From: Nitrosopumilus sp.
GTDB taxonomy: Archaea > Thermoproteota > Nitrososphaeria > Nitrososphaerales > Nitrosopumilaceae
Direction: 5' to 3'
Length of the DNA stretch: 64,000 bases
Assembly (NCBI GenBank): GCA_965214775.1
Contig: OZ243974.1
Span: 2,432,001-2,496,000, forward strand
Translations under genes and position numbers: made by a program
Part shown: positions 40,704 to 50,000 of the stretch, piece by piece
Layout of the letters: each line of letters starts with the position of its first letter
Numbering within the stretch: the first letter of the stretch is position 1
Notes under the pieces: model-generated
The model's database searches: none
What the model was told of the DNA's origin: nothing
The model's input: the letters and a program-made list of their open reading frames with translations, nothing else

Positions 40704-41241
40704 GTAAGAGTTTACCCCTCAGGCGACGTTTCCAGTCAGGGTCTTGGCGACCATCTCACTCACGTTGCAACCTTGGGCGCGCCAGTTCATCGTGCATGTC
40801 ATCAGTACGGTGAACATCTCCATGCCCTCCATGGTACGGAGTCTCTGGAATATCTTGCGCGCAATTACGGACGGCCTCAGTATGCGCTCGGCTAGATTGT
40901 TGGTGGGCTCCATGCCCGGATACAGCACGAACGTGTACAGGTATTCTGAGGCATTCTCAAGCTTTGTGGCAAATTTTTTGCAACCTGCCTCCCTGAATGC
41001 TACGGCCAGCGCGCGTGTCTCGACTACCAGCATGTCGTGTTGTTGCTGCCTGACACCGTTCTTCTTCTCCTCCGGTGGTGGTGGCCCCAGCCCCTTGGCA
41101 AAAAGAAATTTTTTCTTGAGGGCATCATACAGTTCGTGGGCCTGCCGGGAAGTCTTGCCGGCGTCCTTGGCCTCCCGGAGTATGTGTGCCCAGCACCACT
41201 GCCTGATCTTGAATACGACATATACGCCGTACCCATCAACT
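40704..41241 (-). pseudogene. IS66 transposase 3' half plus TIR
   Basis: VDGY, QWCWAHILRE, TNNLAERILRP motifs; TIR GTAAGAGTTTACCCC at 40704. Confidence 0.88.
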
Positions 41242-41315
41242 GTGTCAGGTTTATCACTCCCAGGCAGCAGAACCCCCCTTAAATCAGAGCCGTTCATTGC
41301 AGGGGGGGAAGGACA

Positions 41316-42758
41316 GTGAGTGACACCGCAAAAAAGGCGTGGGGACGGCACCGGAGGCTGCTTGAGGATCCCGACGTGAGGCGGTGGTGCGACAACATCG
41401 CAAGGGGAAGCGTGGTGACGGCCGAGGTCAGGCTGGGCAGGCTCGGCATCTACTGTGAGAGGACCGGCACCACTCCCAGGGCCTTTGCGCAGGCCGGAGT
41501 CGACGACGTGAAGAAAGTGGAGGACATGCTGATGGATCACGTCTCGTTTCTGGAGGGCAGGGGATACGCGCCCTCGTACATAGCAGACATCCTCACGGCG
41601 CTGCGCTCCTGGCTGTCGTTCAACTACGTCAGGCTTGCCCGGAGGATAAGGATCAAGAATGCGGACATTCCGGTGACGCTGGAGGACGAAGTGATTCCGA
41701 CCAGGGAGAGGATCCAGGACGTGCTGGACTCGGCGCCGGCAAGGGAGCGCGTGTCGATATCGCTGATGGCCTTCTCAGGGGTGCGACCGCAGGTGCTGGG
41801 CAACCACCACGGCGAGGACGGCCTCAAGGTGAGGGACATCCCGGATCTGGAGACAGACGGCAACGACGTCTCCTTTGCCCGGACGCCTGCAAGGATAACC
41901 GTAAGGCCGCAGCTGAGCAAGGCGGGACACCAGTACTTTACGTTCCTGCCAGAGGCCGGGTGCAGGTACATGCAGGGATACCTCAGGGAGAGGATCGCGG
42001 GGGGCGAGAAGATCGGACAGGACTCGCCCATAATCACGTTCGTGAGGGGGTACCGCGCAAAGTCAGGCGGCAAGACGTGTCACGTGAGGACGGTCACGGT
42101 GGCCAAGGGGATCAAGGGCGCCTTTGGCATAATCATGAGGGAGCGGCCCTACGTCCTGAGGTCGTACTTTGACACGCAGCTGCTGCTTGCAGAGAGCAGG
42201 GGCGCGATGACGCACGCGTACCGCCAGTTCTTCATGGGCCACAGGGGCGACATCGAGGCAAGGTATACCACCAACAAGCACAGGCTTGCCGACGAGCTCG
42301 TATCGGACATGAGGGAGGCCTACGGGCGCAGCCAGGGGTTCCTCGTACCGGGCGCCGAGGGGGAGGAGGCGGCGGCATCAAAGGACAGAAGGGAGCTGCT
42401 GCTTGAGATGTGGAGGGAGCAGGCGCAGCTGTACGGAATCGACCCCGTGAAGATAAGGATAGAAAGGCAGGGGGCGTCATCATCATCGCAGGGCAAAAGA
42501 GCCGGGCAGGCAGCTGCCGCAGATGATCAGATAGGCGCCATCAAGGCGGCCATTCAAAGGATAATCAGGGGGGAGGGCGGGGCACAGCCACTGGCAGGCG
42601 GCAAAAAGCCATACGAGGGCAGGCTGGTCGACGGCGAGAAGGATCTCGTGGCGTGCATCGAGGACGGATGGGAGGTCATAAGGGAGCTGAACGGCGGCAA
42701 GGTCCTTCTAAGACGCAGCACCGCAGGCGGGAGGGCGCCCCGTCACCCCGGCCAGTGA
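41316..42758 (+). CDS. Tyrosine recombinase / site-specific integrase
   Basis: SGVRP (R), LSK (K), RPYVLR (Y-x-x-R in place of H-x-x-R), MGH (H), ARY (Y); GC-rich. Confidence 0.9.
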   Translation: MSDTAKKAWGRHRRLLEDPDVRRWCDNIARGSVVTAEVRLGRLGIYCERTGTTPRAFAQAGVDDVKKVEDMLMDHVSFLEGRGYAPSYIADILTALRSWLSFNYVRLARRIRIKNADIPVTLEDEVIPTRERIQDVLDSAPARERVSISLMAFSGVRPQVLGNHHGEDGLKVRDIPDLETDGNDVSFARTPARITVRPQLSKAGHQYFTFLPEAGCRYMQGYLRERIAGGEKIGQDSPIITFVRGYRAKSGGKTCHVRTVTVAKGIKGAFGIIMRERPYVLRSYFDTQLLLAESRGAMTHAYRQFFMGHRGDIEARYTTNKHRLADELVSDMREAYGRSQGFLVPGAEGEEAAASKDRRELLLEMWREQAQLYGIDPVKIRIERQGASSSSQGKRAGQAAAADDQIGAIKAAIQRIIRGEGGAQPLAGGKKPYEGRLVDGEKDLVACIEDGWEVIRELNGGKVLLRRSTAGGRAPRHPGQ

Positions 42759-42952
42759 CCCGGCCGGCCCTCCATTTTCTGGCACGCCATCCCGGACGTT
42801 GCGGAGGGCGGCGCGTTGATCAGCTCAGGCCGCCTCCATGATGCCTGCATCTGCCCCGTCCGAGATCTCCACGTGCAGACAGCAGTGGGGATTCCTCCTG
42901 AAATGCCAGACCGGACCGGATGACCACGATGCAACGCCATCCTCCCGGAAGC

Positions 42953-43021
42953 TGGCAACGGTTGCCAACTAGCGGGAACCTTTCTTCTCTGTAGTTGGCA
43001 ACGGTTGCCAACTAGCGGGAA
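42953..43021. repeat. 43-bp-period palindromic direct repeat (2 copies)
   Basis: tggcaacggttgccaactagcgggaa at 42953 and 42996. Confidence 0.9.
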
Positions 43022-43149
43022 TCAGCAGATCCGACTGTACCTGAAGACGCGGCAGAACGCCACGTTTTGACGATCATCTGATCCGTAGCGAACAGGCACA
43101 AAGATCCATGAGGAGCCAAGCAGGGAGGAGAAAAAGGCGCATGTGTAAC

Positions 43150-43430
43150 CGCCATTTGATCTCCGGCCTTGAGAGGATCAAAGCCGTGGTCGTCAAAGGT
43201 ATTGCCATGCTTGCCTGCACCACGACTCGGGATGCTCCGCCCGCATCACCCGTCCTGAGATCTTTTCCCGCAGGCCTTGCCCCCACAGGCTTTCATTGTC
43301 GTGCCGTTTGACTCGTCGTCCACCGGAAGAAGCTCCATGCCCCAAGCCACAGCCTGTCTGCAAGTCTCTTTGGGACGCCGGACACGGCTGCCCCGCTGCC
43401 GTGCCCACAGATGACCCCGGGCCATGCCTT
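43150..43430 (-). pseudogene. Degenerate AbrB-family gene (module A)
   Basis: One frame reads GHGSGAAVSGVPKRLADRLWLG (AbrB xxVPKxLAxxLG motif); frameshifted; homologous to 44440-44730. Confidence 0.5.
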
Positions 43431-43560
43431 TCGTACGGATTCCGTGCGTCCAGAGCCTGGACAAACTCAGGGCGTGTCTTTGCAAGCTTTGCAAAAAAAC
43501 CTTGCAATCTTTGCAAAGACGTTCGTGGCAGGCTGACTCGCATTACCCTGTGGTTTCCCA

Positions 43561-43900
43561 AAAAACGAGACCAGAGCGCCCGGGCCCTCAACGAGGCCCC
43601 TGACCCCACACAGCCTTCCGGGGAGTCAGAGTCGTCCCGGTCCCTTATCTTCACCTGAGTGAAAAATTCCCTCAGGCCCCACACTGTCATTCCGGATCGA
43701 GGGCCGAGGCATTCTCGCGGGCTGAAATCACTACGATTAATCACAGATGACTGATCTCAAGACTTCACAATGATGTCATGTCTGGGGAAGGGGTCGAAAC
43801 TGTCAGAAAACATGGCAGGAACCAAAGCATGAGAAACAGAGTTGTAAACAGCTGCCGGGAGCACGTAAGGTACAACATGACAAAGTGGAAAGAGATGTAG
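43561..43900. repeat. Conserved non-coding module, copy A
   Basis: GGGCCC hairpin - tgacccc..cagccttcc - GGGA/GTCCC hairpin - cacctgagtgaaaaattccctca, then a conserved AT-rich block; see copies B-D. Confidence 0.85.
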
Positions 43901-44315
43901 CGCGCACATCAAAAAATGGATCATGGTTTTGCCGCATCGTGCCTATTTCGATAAAAAACATCCCGTTTTCGACTGTGCGCACCATGACCGGCCATCCTTC
44001 GGGCATTCTGCCTTACCGCATAATCCTGCCTGAAATTTGAAACTTGGCAAAAAAATCACCAAGATGATCAGCGGATCCCCGGCCAAGAGGGCCAGGGATC
44101 ATCGATGATGGGAGGTTGCCCCCGGGCGGCACTGCCTGCCGGGATCTTGGTGATCATGTCCACATATCGCATCCCGGGGATGGGGCAAGCTCTTGCCTTG
44201 GCGATCCCCCGATGATATCTGCGTTTATCCTGCGAGTTCCCCTCGGGCAGGCAGCAGTGAGTATTTTCCTAAAGCGCCAAAGGCCGAGCCGGATGACCGC
44301 AATGCAACACCGCAA

Positions 44316-44425
44316 TCTTCCCTGTAGTGGACTACAGTAGCCCACTAGCGGGAACTTTTCTTCCCTGTAGTGGACTACAGTAGCCCACTAGCGGGAACTT
44401 TTCTTCCCTGCTACTGGCAACCGTT
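44316..44425. repeat. 43-bp-period palindromic direct repeat (2 copies plus a partial)
   Basis: tcttccctgtagtggactacagtagcccactagcgggaac at 44316 and 44359, partial at 44402. Confidence 0.9.
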
Positions 44426-44439
44426 GCATGTGTAATCAT

Positions 44440-44730
44440 CATTTGATCTCCGGCCTTGAGAGCGGATCAAAGCCGGGATCATCAAAGGAATTGTCGTGTC
44501 TGGGCCTGTCCCGCGCCTTTGAGGGCGCGCCGTCCACACCGCCCGTCTTGAGATCCTTTTTTGCAAGCCTTGCCTTCATCGGCTTTGCCATTGTCGTGCC
44601 GTCTGACTCGCCCGTCAGGAGAAACCCCTCCCCCCCTCTATGCTCCAAGCCACAGCTTGTATGCAAGTCTCTTTGGGACGCTGGACACGACTGCCCCACT
44701 GCTGTGCCCGCAGATGACTCTGGGCCATGT
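44440..44730 (-). pseudogene. Degenerate AbrB-family gene (module B)
   Basis: VSSVPKRLAYKLWLG in one frame; KARLAKKDLK...RPEIK tail resembles the intact 45426-45734 protein. Confidence 0.5.
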
Positions 44731-44822
44731 TTTTTGTACAAGTTACATGCATTCAGAGCTTGAAACAAACTCAGGGCACGTTTTTGCAAGCTTTGCAAAA
44801 AAACCTTGCAAGCTTTGCAAAG

Positions 44823-44940
44823 GTAACAGGTTAGCCCCTGCCTAGAGTTGGAGTTGCATCCCTTGCCGGCCAGGCATGAAAATCACAACTGCAGGCAGAT
44901 TCATGCCTGATTGCTGCTTAGGCAGGGGCTAACCTGTTAC
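44823..44940. mobile_element. MITE (118 bp), 22-bp TIR, 8-bp TSD
   Basis: TIR GTAACAGGTTAGCCCCTGCCTA; TSD TTGCAAAG; the paralogous site in copy A (~43511) is empty. Confidence 0.92.
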
Positions 44941-44990
44941 TTGCAAAGACATTCGTGGCAGGCTGACTCGCATTACCCCGTGATTTTCCA

Positions 44991-45330
44991 AAAAACAAGA
45001 CCAGGATGCCCGGGGCCCTCAACGAGGCCCCTGACCCCACACAGCCTTCCGGGGAGTCAGAGTCGTCCCGGTCCCTTATCTTCACCTGAATGAAGAACTT
45101 CCTCAGACCCCACACTGTCATTCCGGATCGAGGGCCGAGATATCCTCGCTGGCTGAAATCATTACGATTAATCACAGAGGACTAATCTCAAGATTTCATA
45201 ATTATGTCATGTCTGGGGAAGGGGCCGAAACTGTCAGAAAACATGGCAGGAACCAAAACATGAAAAACAGAGTTGTAAACAGCCATTGGGAGCACGTAAT
45301 ATACAACATGACAAAGTGGAAAAAGATAGG
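44991..45330. repeat. Conserved non-coding module, copy B
   Basis: Close homolog of 43561-43900. Confidence 0.88.
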
Positions 45331-45425
45331 GCTTGACAGGTGTCACATATGGTCCAAAAGCCCCCAGATACACCAGATTCACGCCTCCCTTGTGGATGAG
45401 GAGAAAAGAGACGTAAGGCTGATGT

Positions 45426-45734
45426 CTATTTGATCCTGAATTTTTCCAAGGCACTCGTCCTAGGGGCGGCCTCTCCGGCGGGGGAGCCTTCGTTCTTTTG
45501 TCTGCATTCCCTCATTGCCTCATCAAAGACCCGCTCATATCGGTCAATGTCTGTGAGGTCCTTTTTTGACAGGCTCTTTCCACCCGGTGTCAGCACGATT
45601 TTGCCGCCAAGGTCGTGGAACCGTATGTGTTCGCCTGATCTCAAACCTAGGCTTTGTACCATCACGGACGGAACGACCACAAAAAATGAACAATTGTCCT
45701 TGATGCGGAGCCTTCGCTCATGTATTTTTTCCAT
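45426..45734 (-). CDS. AbrB/MazE/SpoVT-family DNA-binding protein (module C)
   Basis: RRLRIKDNCSFFVVVPSVMVQSLGLRSGEHIRF...KIVLTP. Confidence 0.75.
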   Translation of the reverse strand: MEKIHERRLRIKDNCSFFVVVPSVMVQSLGLRSGEHIRFHDLGGKIVLTPGGKSLSKKDLTDIDRYERVFDEAMRECRQKNEGSPAGEAAPRTSALEKFRIK

Positions 45735-45914
45735 GCCGTCAGCAAATGTTGGATATTCATTTAAGACTCGGTGCCAAAGGCGCCAAAAAATGGCGCCAAA
45801 GGTGCGTTTGGTACCTGCCCGACAGGGGCCAAAGGCGCCAAAAAATGACGCCAAAGGCCCTAATCTCCGAGGGCCAGTAACGGAATTTCAACTCGCATTA
45901 ATACACAAAACACG

Positions 45915-46300
45915 AAAAACGAAACCAGAACACAAGGGCCCCCGAAGGGCCCCCTGACCCCCCACAGCCTTCCGGGACGCCGAACCGTCCCAGTCCCTTA
46001 TCTTTACCTGAGTGAAAAATTCCCTCATATCCCATTGAATCAGGCAATCGTCTTTGGATAGACAGGATGAAATCATGCCCGCCAACCGGGAATCATTACA
46101 GTTAACCCCGGATGATTGATTTCAAAATTAGTGTCATGTCCGGAGGAATATCAAGAACCATGGCAGGAATCAAGAACATGAAAAACAGAGTTTATCAATT
46201 CTGAGGATATTGGCTATTTCCCTTTCTATCCTGTCATGATACATCATGTGTCTCGGAATCTTTTGAATCTTTTGCACGCCAAAAATCTGTAATTTTTAAT
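45915..46300. repeat. Conserved non-coding module, copy C
   Basis: gggcccccgaagggccc, gggacg-ccgaac-cgtccc, tacctgagtgaaaaattccctca, then AT-rich block shared with copy D. Confidence 0.85.
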
Positions 46301-46560
46301 CACTCATTGGCTGTCATAGGAATCATCCGGGGAGATCATCTTCCCAAGGACAGGACGGGGGCCTTGTCGCCTGTGGTTGCAGGATGCCCTAAAAGCAGAG
46401 TCCGCAGCTCCGGATAAAGCCGTCCCGGGCATGTCAGATACAACATGGCAAAGCGGAAAAACTTGGCTTTGAGCAGTGTCACGTGTGGTCAAGGAACCCA
46501 AAGGTTCACGAGATCCTCGCCGGCCTTGACGAAAAAGAGGGACGGATGTCAGGACTGGTG

Positions 46561-46827
46561 TCATTTGATGTGGAGTTTTTTGAGCTTTTCTGCAGACAGA
46601 TCCGTCTCCCTCATCATGTCGTCCAGAACCCTGTCGTACTTGGTCCTGCCCTTCTCCGGGACATCTGCTGTATGCGCGGGGATCAGCTCCAGCCTGTCCG
46701 GGTGCGCCCCGAACTCGACGAGCTGGCCCTCGGCAATGCCGAGATCGTCTGCCAGCGCCTTTGGAACCGTAACGATGAGGCTGTCGCCCTGCCTGCGCAC
46801 CTTTCTGTAGTGTTTTCTTTCAGACAC
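46561..46827 (-). CDS. AbrB/MazE/SpoVT-family DNA-binding protein (module D)
   Basis: RKVRRQGDSLIVTVPKALADDLGIAEGQLVEF...LELIP, canonical AbrB signature; GTG start. Confidence 0.85.
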   Translation of the reverse strand: MSERKHYRKVRRQGDSLIVTVPKALADDLGIAEGQLVEFGAHPDRLELIPAHTADVPEKGRTKYDRVLDDMMRETDLSAEKLKKLHIK

Positions 46828-46879
46828 ATACTGTAACCGTGTTCTTTGATTTAAGGGCCAGAGTTTTTTTGCAAAATGT

Positions 46880-47222
46880 ACATAATGTAGCTTTTCACTA
46901 TTTTCAGGCTTCAAAAAGCTACATTTTCACTACTTCCGGTTCAACATAATGTAGCTTTTCACTATTTTCAGGCTTCAAAAAGCTACATTTTCACTACTTT
47001 TCAAATCACTATTTTCACTACTTTCACTACTTTTCAAATCACTATTTTCACTACTTTCACTACTTTTCAAATCACTATTTTCACTACTTTCACTACTTTT
47101 CAAATCACTATTTTCACTACTTTCACTACTTTTCAAATCCATACTTTCACTATTTTTTGCACTCACAAATCCATACTTTCACTATTTTTTGCACTCACAA
47201 ATCCATACTTTCACTATTTTTT
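46880..47222. repeat. Compound tandem repeat built on TTTCACTA
   Basis: ~64-bp duplication, then 33-bp units (about 4), then ~32-bp units (about 3). Confidence 0.9.
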
Positions 47223-47279
47223 GCCCCATGATTTCAACTCCCACACACCAGACCTCTCGCATTATACCACCACACACGA

Positions 47280-47660
47280 GAAACGAGACCGGCCCGCCCG
47301 GGCCCCTACGGGGGCCCTTGACCCCCGACAACCTTCTGGGACGTCAGAGCCGTCCCAGCCCCTTGAGTCCTACCTGAATGAAGAACTTCCTCAGACTCCA
47401 TACCATAGCTAAGCCGACGAGATAAAACCAACCATCCACGGGCTATCATTAACCACAGATAACCAATTTTAAAATCATAATATCATGTACGGAGGAATGT
47501 CAAGAATCATGACAGGAGTCAAATGACCATGAAAACACGGAGTTTACAAAATCTGAGGGTATTGGCTATTTCCCTTTCTATCCTGTCACGATGTACTACA
47601 CGTCTCGGAATCTTTTGAACTTTTTGCCCCTCAAGATTCATGATATTTTTAATCATTCTT
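47280..47660. repeat. Conserved non-coding module, copy D
   Basis: gggcccc-tacg-ggggccc, gggacg-tcagagc-cgtccc, tacctgaatgaagaacttcctca, AT-rich block. Confidence 0.85.
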
Positions 47661-47706
47661 TGGTTATCATCAGATCATTTGAGAATATTAGACTTTATGC
47701 GTAATC

Positions 47707-48900
47707 GGGGTTGTCCAAAAAATTTCCGCAAAACGACCGACAAGCTTATAGATCATGAGCGCACGGCGCCGAAAATGATTTTGATCTGCCGATCCTGGAT
47801 ATCCCAATGAGCAACAACAGGAAGGACACGGACTATAACCGCCTTTACGAGCAAAAGCGCAGGCAGGAGAGCTCCCGCAAGAAGAGGACAAGGAGGAACC
47901 TGGGAAAGATCGTACGCAGGGTGGCCAAGAAGATGGCCGCCGAAACGGGAATCGATGCCGGCCTTGCGTGGTCTGCCATACGCATTGCGATCCTCAGAAT
48001 CGAGAATCGCCTGTCCTACAGGAGGATGGTCACGCACCTGGAGTCAAACCCGGACGATCTCAGGAGATGCGGCCTGAGTCGTACGCTCTCCAAGTCGACG
48101 CTGCACAACAGGATGACCATGCTCTGGAGAATGGGCAAGGACTTTATGGACGAGGTCGTACTGGCCATGTCCGAAGGCGAGCGCATAGCGGACCTGCACG
48201 GCGACTCGACGGGATTCGGCCTCCGCAAGTACAAGAGCTGGAGCCACGCAAAACATGGGGAGGTGACCGGACACGACTTTGCAAAACTGCACGCAATTGC
48301 TGCAATCGGGGGCAAGATACTGTCATTTGAGGCCACGCCGGGCACGTCGGGGGACTCGCCGGAGTTTGCCCGCATGATGAGCCGCATCCCCAAGGGCGGA
48401 TACGGAATCGTGGCGCTGGATTCGGCATACGACTCGTACAAAAACTGCGAGCTGATTGCAAAGAGCGGCCGCGGACCTGTCATAAAGCCGGCAAAGGGGC
48501 ATGAAAAGCCACGCGGGTTTGGCGCCCGGGCCAGGATGCTGCAGTGGCTGCGTGACAGGCCAGACGAGTTCTGGCAGGCCTATCACAAGAGGAGCCAGGC
48601 AGAGTCCCTGTTCTCGGTAATGAAGGAAAGGGCTGGATCCGTCCTGCGTGCAAAGCTGGACGGAACCATCACTGTAGAGCTGTTCGCTCGCGTGTTGTGC
48701 TACAACCTTACGGTGTAAATCATCACAAATCCCGTACTGTTGGACCGCAACACTACCGTAAGGTATGGCCTGCATGGATATTTGCGTTGCTGTATGCGCC
48801 GTTCTGGCCGTCCGGGGCCGCCAAGTGCTCTATATTGCCGTCTGAGACTGCCTATATCGGGGGCAAATTGGCAGCCTGCGGAAAAAAATTGGACAACCCC
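47707..48900 (+). mobile_element. IS5-family element (transposase 47807-48718), diverged isoform of 25341-26539
   Basis: TIR GGGGTTGTCCAA; 303-aa transposase homologous to the first copy; no matching TSD. Confidence 0.9.
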
Positions 48901-48908
48901 ACACGCGG

Positions 48909-49949
48909 TGTTTCATATGAAAATTAGTTCCGCCCCTCATTAGTATCCTTCTCCATCCATTTGGGGTCGCTTTTCCTGATCGCTTCTGTGGCCTCCCGGC
49001 TCCGGAACGCCATTCTGGGAGTCTCTGCACGCTTGATGTCAAGCGACCAGTGCGTCCTGTGCTCGTTGTAGAACTCGATGAACTCGTCTACCTTCTCAAA
49101 GTGCGTCAGCTCCTTCTCAAGCGTTCTGAACCACCTCTCCAACTTGCCGTTGGTCTGGGGGTGATGCGGACGCGAGTTGAGCAGGACGATGCTGTGCTCT
49201 AGCAGCTCGTTCTCAAACAGCGTGGGCGTCCAGCTGCCCCTTGGGGTACCGCGCCTGGCTGACGTAAAGCAGCTGCCGTTGTCCGAGAGTACCTGGGCCG
49301 GCGTCCCGAACTCTTTGATGGCCTTGCGCAGCACCAGGACTGCGTTCTCCGAGGTCGCGCGCTCAAAGACGCCAAATCCGGTTATGCACCGCGAGGAATC
49401 GTCAAGATATGCCACCAGATTGAGTTTTTCTAGGCGTGAATCCTTCATTTCGTGCCAGTCCACGTGCCACATTGCATTGGAGTACTTGCGCTCATAGCGC
49501 AGCCACTTGAGCTGTCTGGGTCTGGCAGGCGAGCCGTCCGTTATTCCCTCGACCTTCATGATCCTGTATACTGCATGGTAGCTTATCTGCCTGCCTGCGG
49601 CCCTCATGCGCAATGCCAGCCTCTCCACACCCGACGGCATCCGCGCATATGCGTCAAGGACCGCCTCCACATCCACGGGATCCGTGTCCATGCAGGGCCT
49701 TCCTGCCCCGCTCCGTGGCAGGACTGTGCCGGAGCTGCGGAATCTGGCCCATATCTTCCTGACATACCTGTCGCTGATGCCCAGCTCCCGGGCTATCTGC
49801 TTTGCAGGCACGCCCTTTTTCCTCTGCTTTTCTATGTACCGGAGCGACTTTTCCTCCAATTTTTTCCTCACGTTTTTTGATCGGTACAGCCTAAAATAAT
49901 CCTTCAAAGTACGCCTGATCTTAGGCGGAACTAATTTTCGTATGATAGA
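48909..49949 (-). mobile_element. IS481-family element, copy 2 (transposase 48924-49871)
   Basis: Same length and translation as 15806-16846; 15-bp TSD caaccccacacgcgg. Confidence 0.93.
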
Positions 49950-50000
49950 CAACCCCACACGCGGCGGTAGCCTTTTTAGAAACATGTCCGTAGTCCTGCC

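Noticed and set aside
40719-41540. 273-aa ORF as a single gene
   Set aside because: Chimeric: its N-terminal part is antisense to the integrase and element end; only 40719-41241 is IS66-derived.
40569-42758. Integrase targeting the neighbouring tRNA
   Set aside because: No duplication of the tRNA 3' end was seen; the element boundaries map inside the IS66 gene instead.
43561-43680. Conserved module as SRP RNA or a pC194-type rolling-circle nick site (CTTATCTT)
   Set aside because: The SRP helix-8 consensus is incomplete, CTTATCTTGATA is not matched, copy D lacks the motif, and no Rep gene is present.
46975-47166. 63-aa ORF (SENSDLKSSES)n
   Set aside because: Product of the 33-bp repeat period; no independent coding evidence.
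42953-47222. Repeat tracts as CRISPR arrays
   Set aside because: Units are adjacent with no unique spacers; I saw no CRISPR array in the window.
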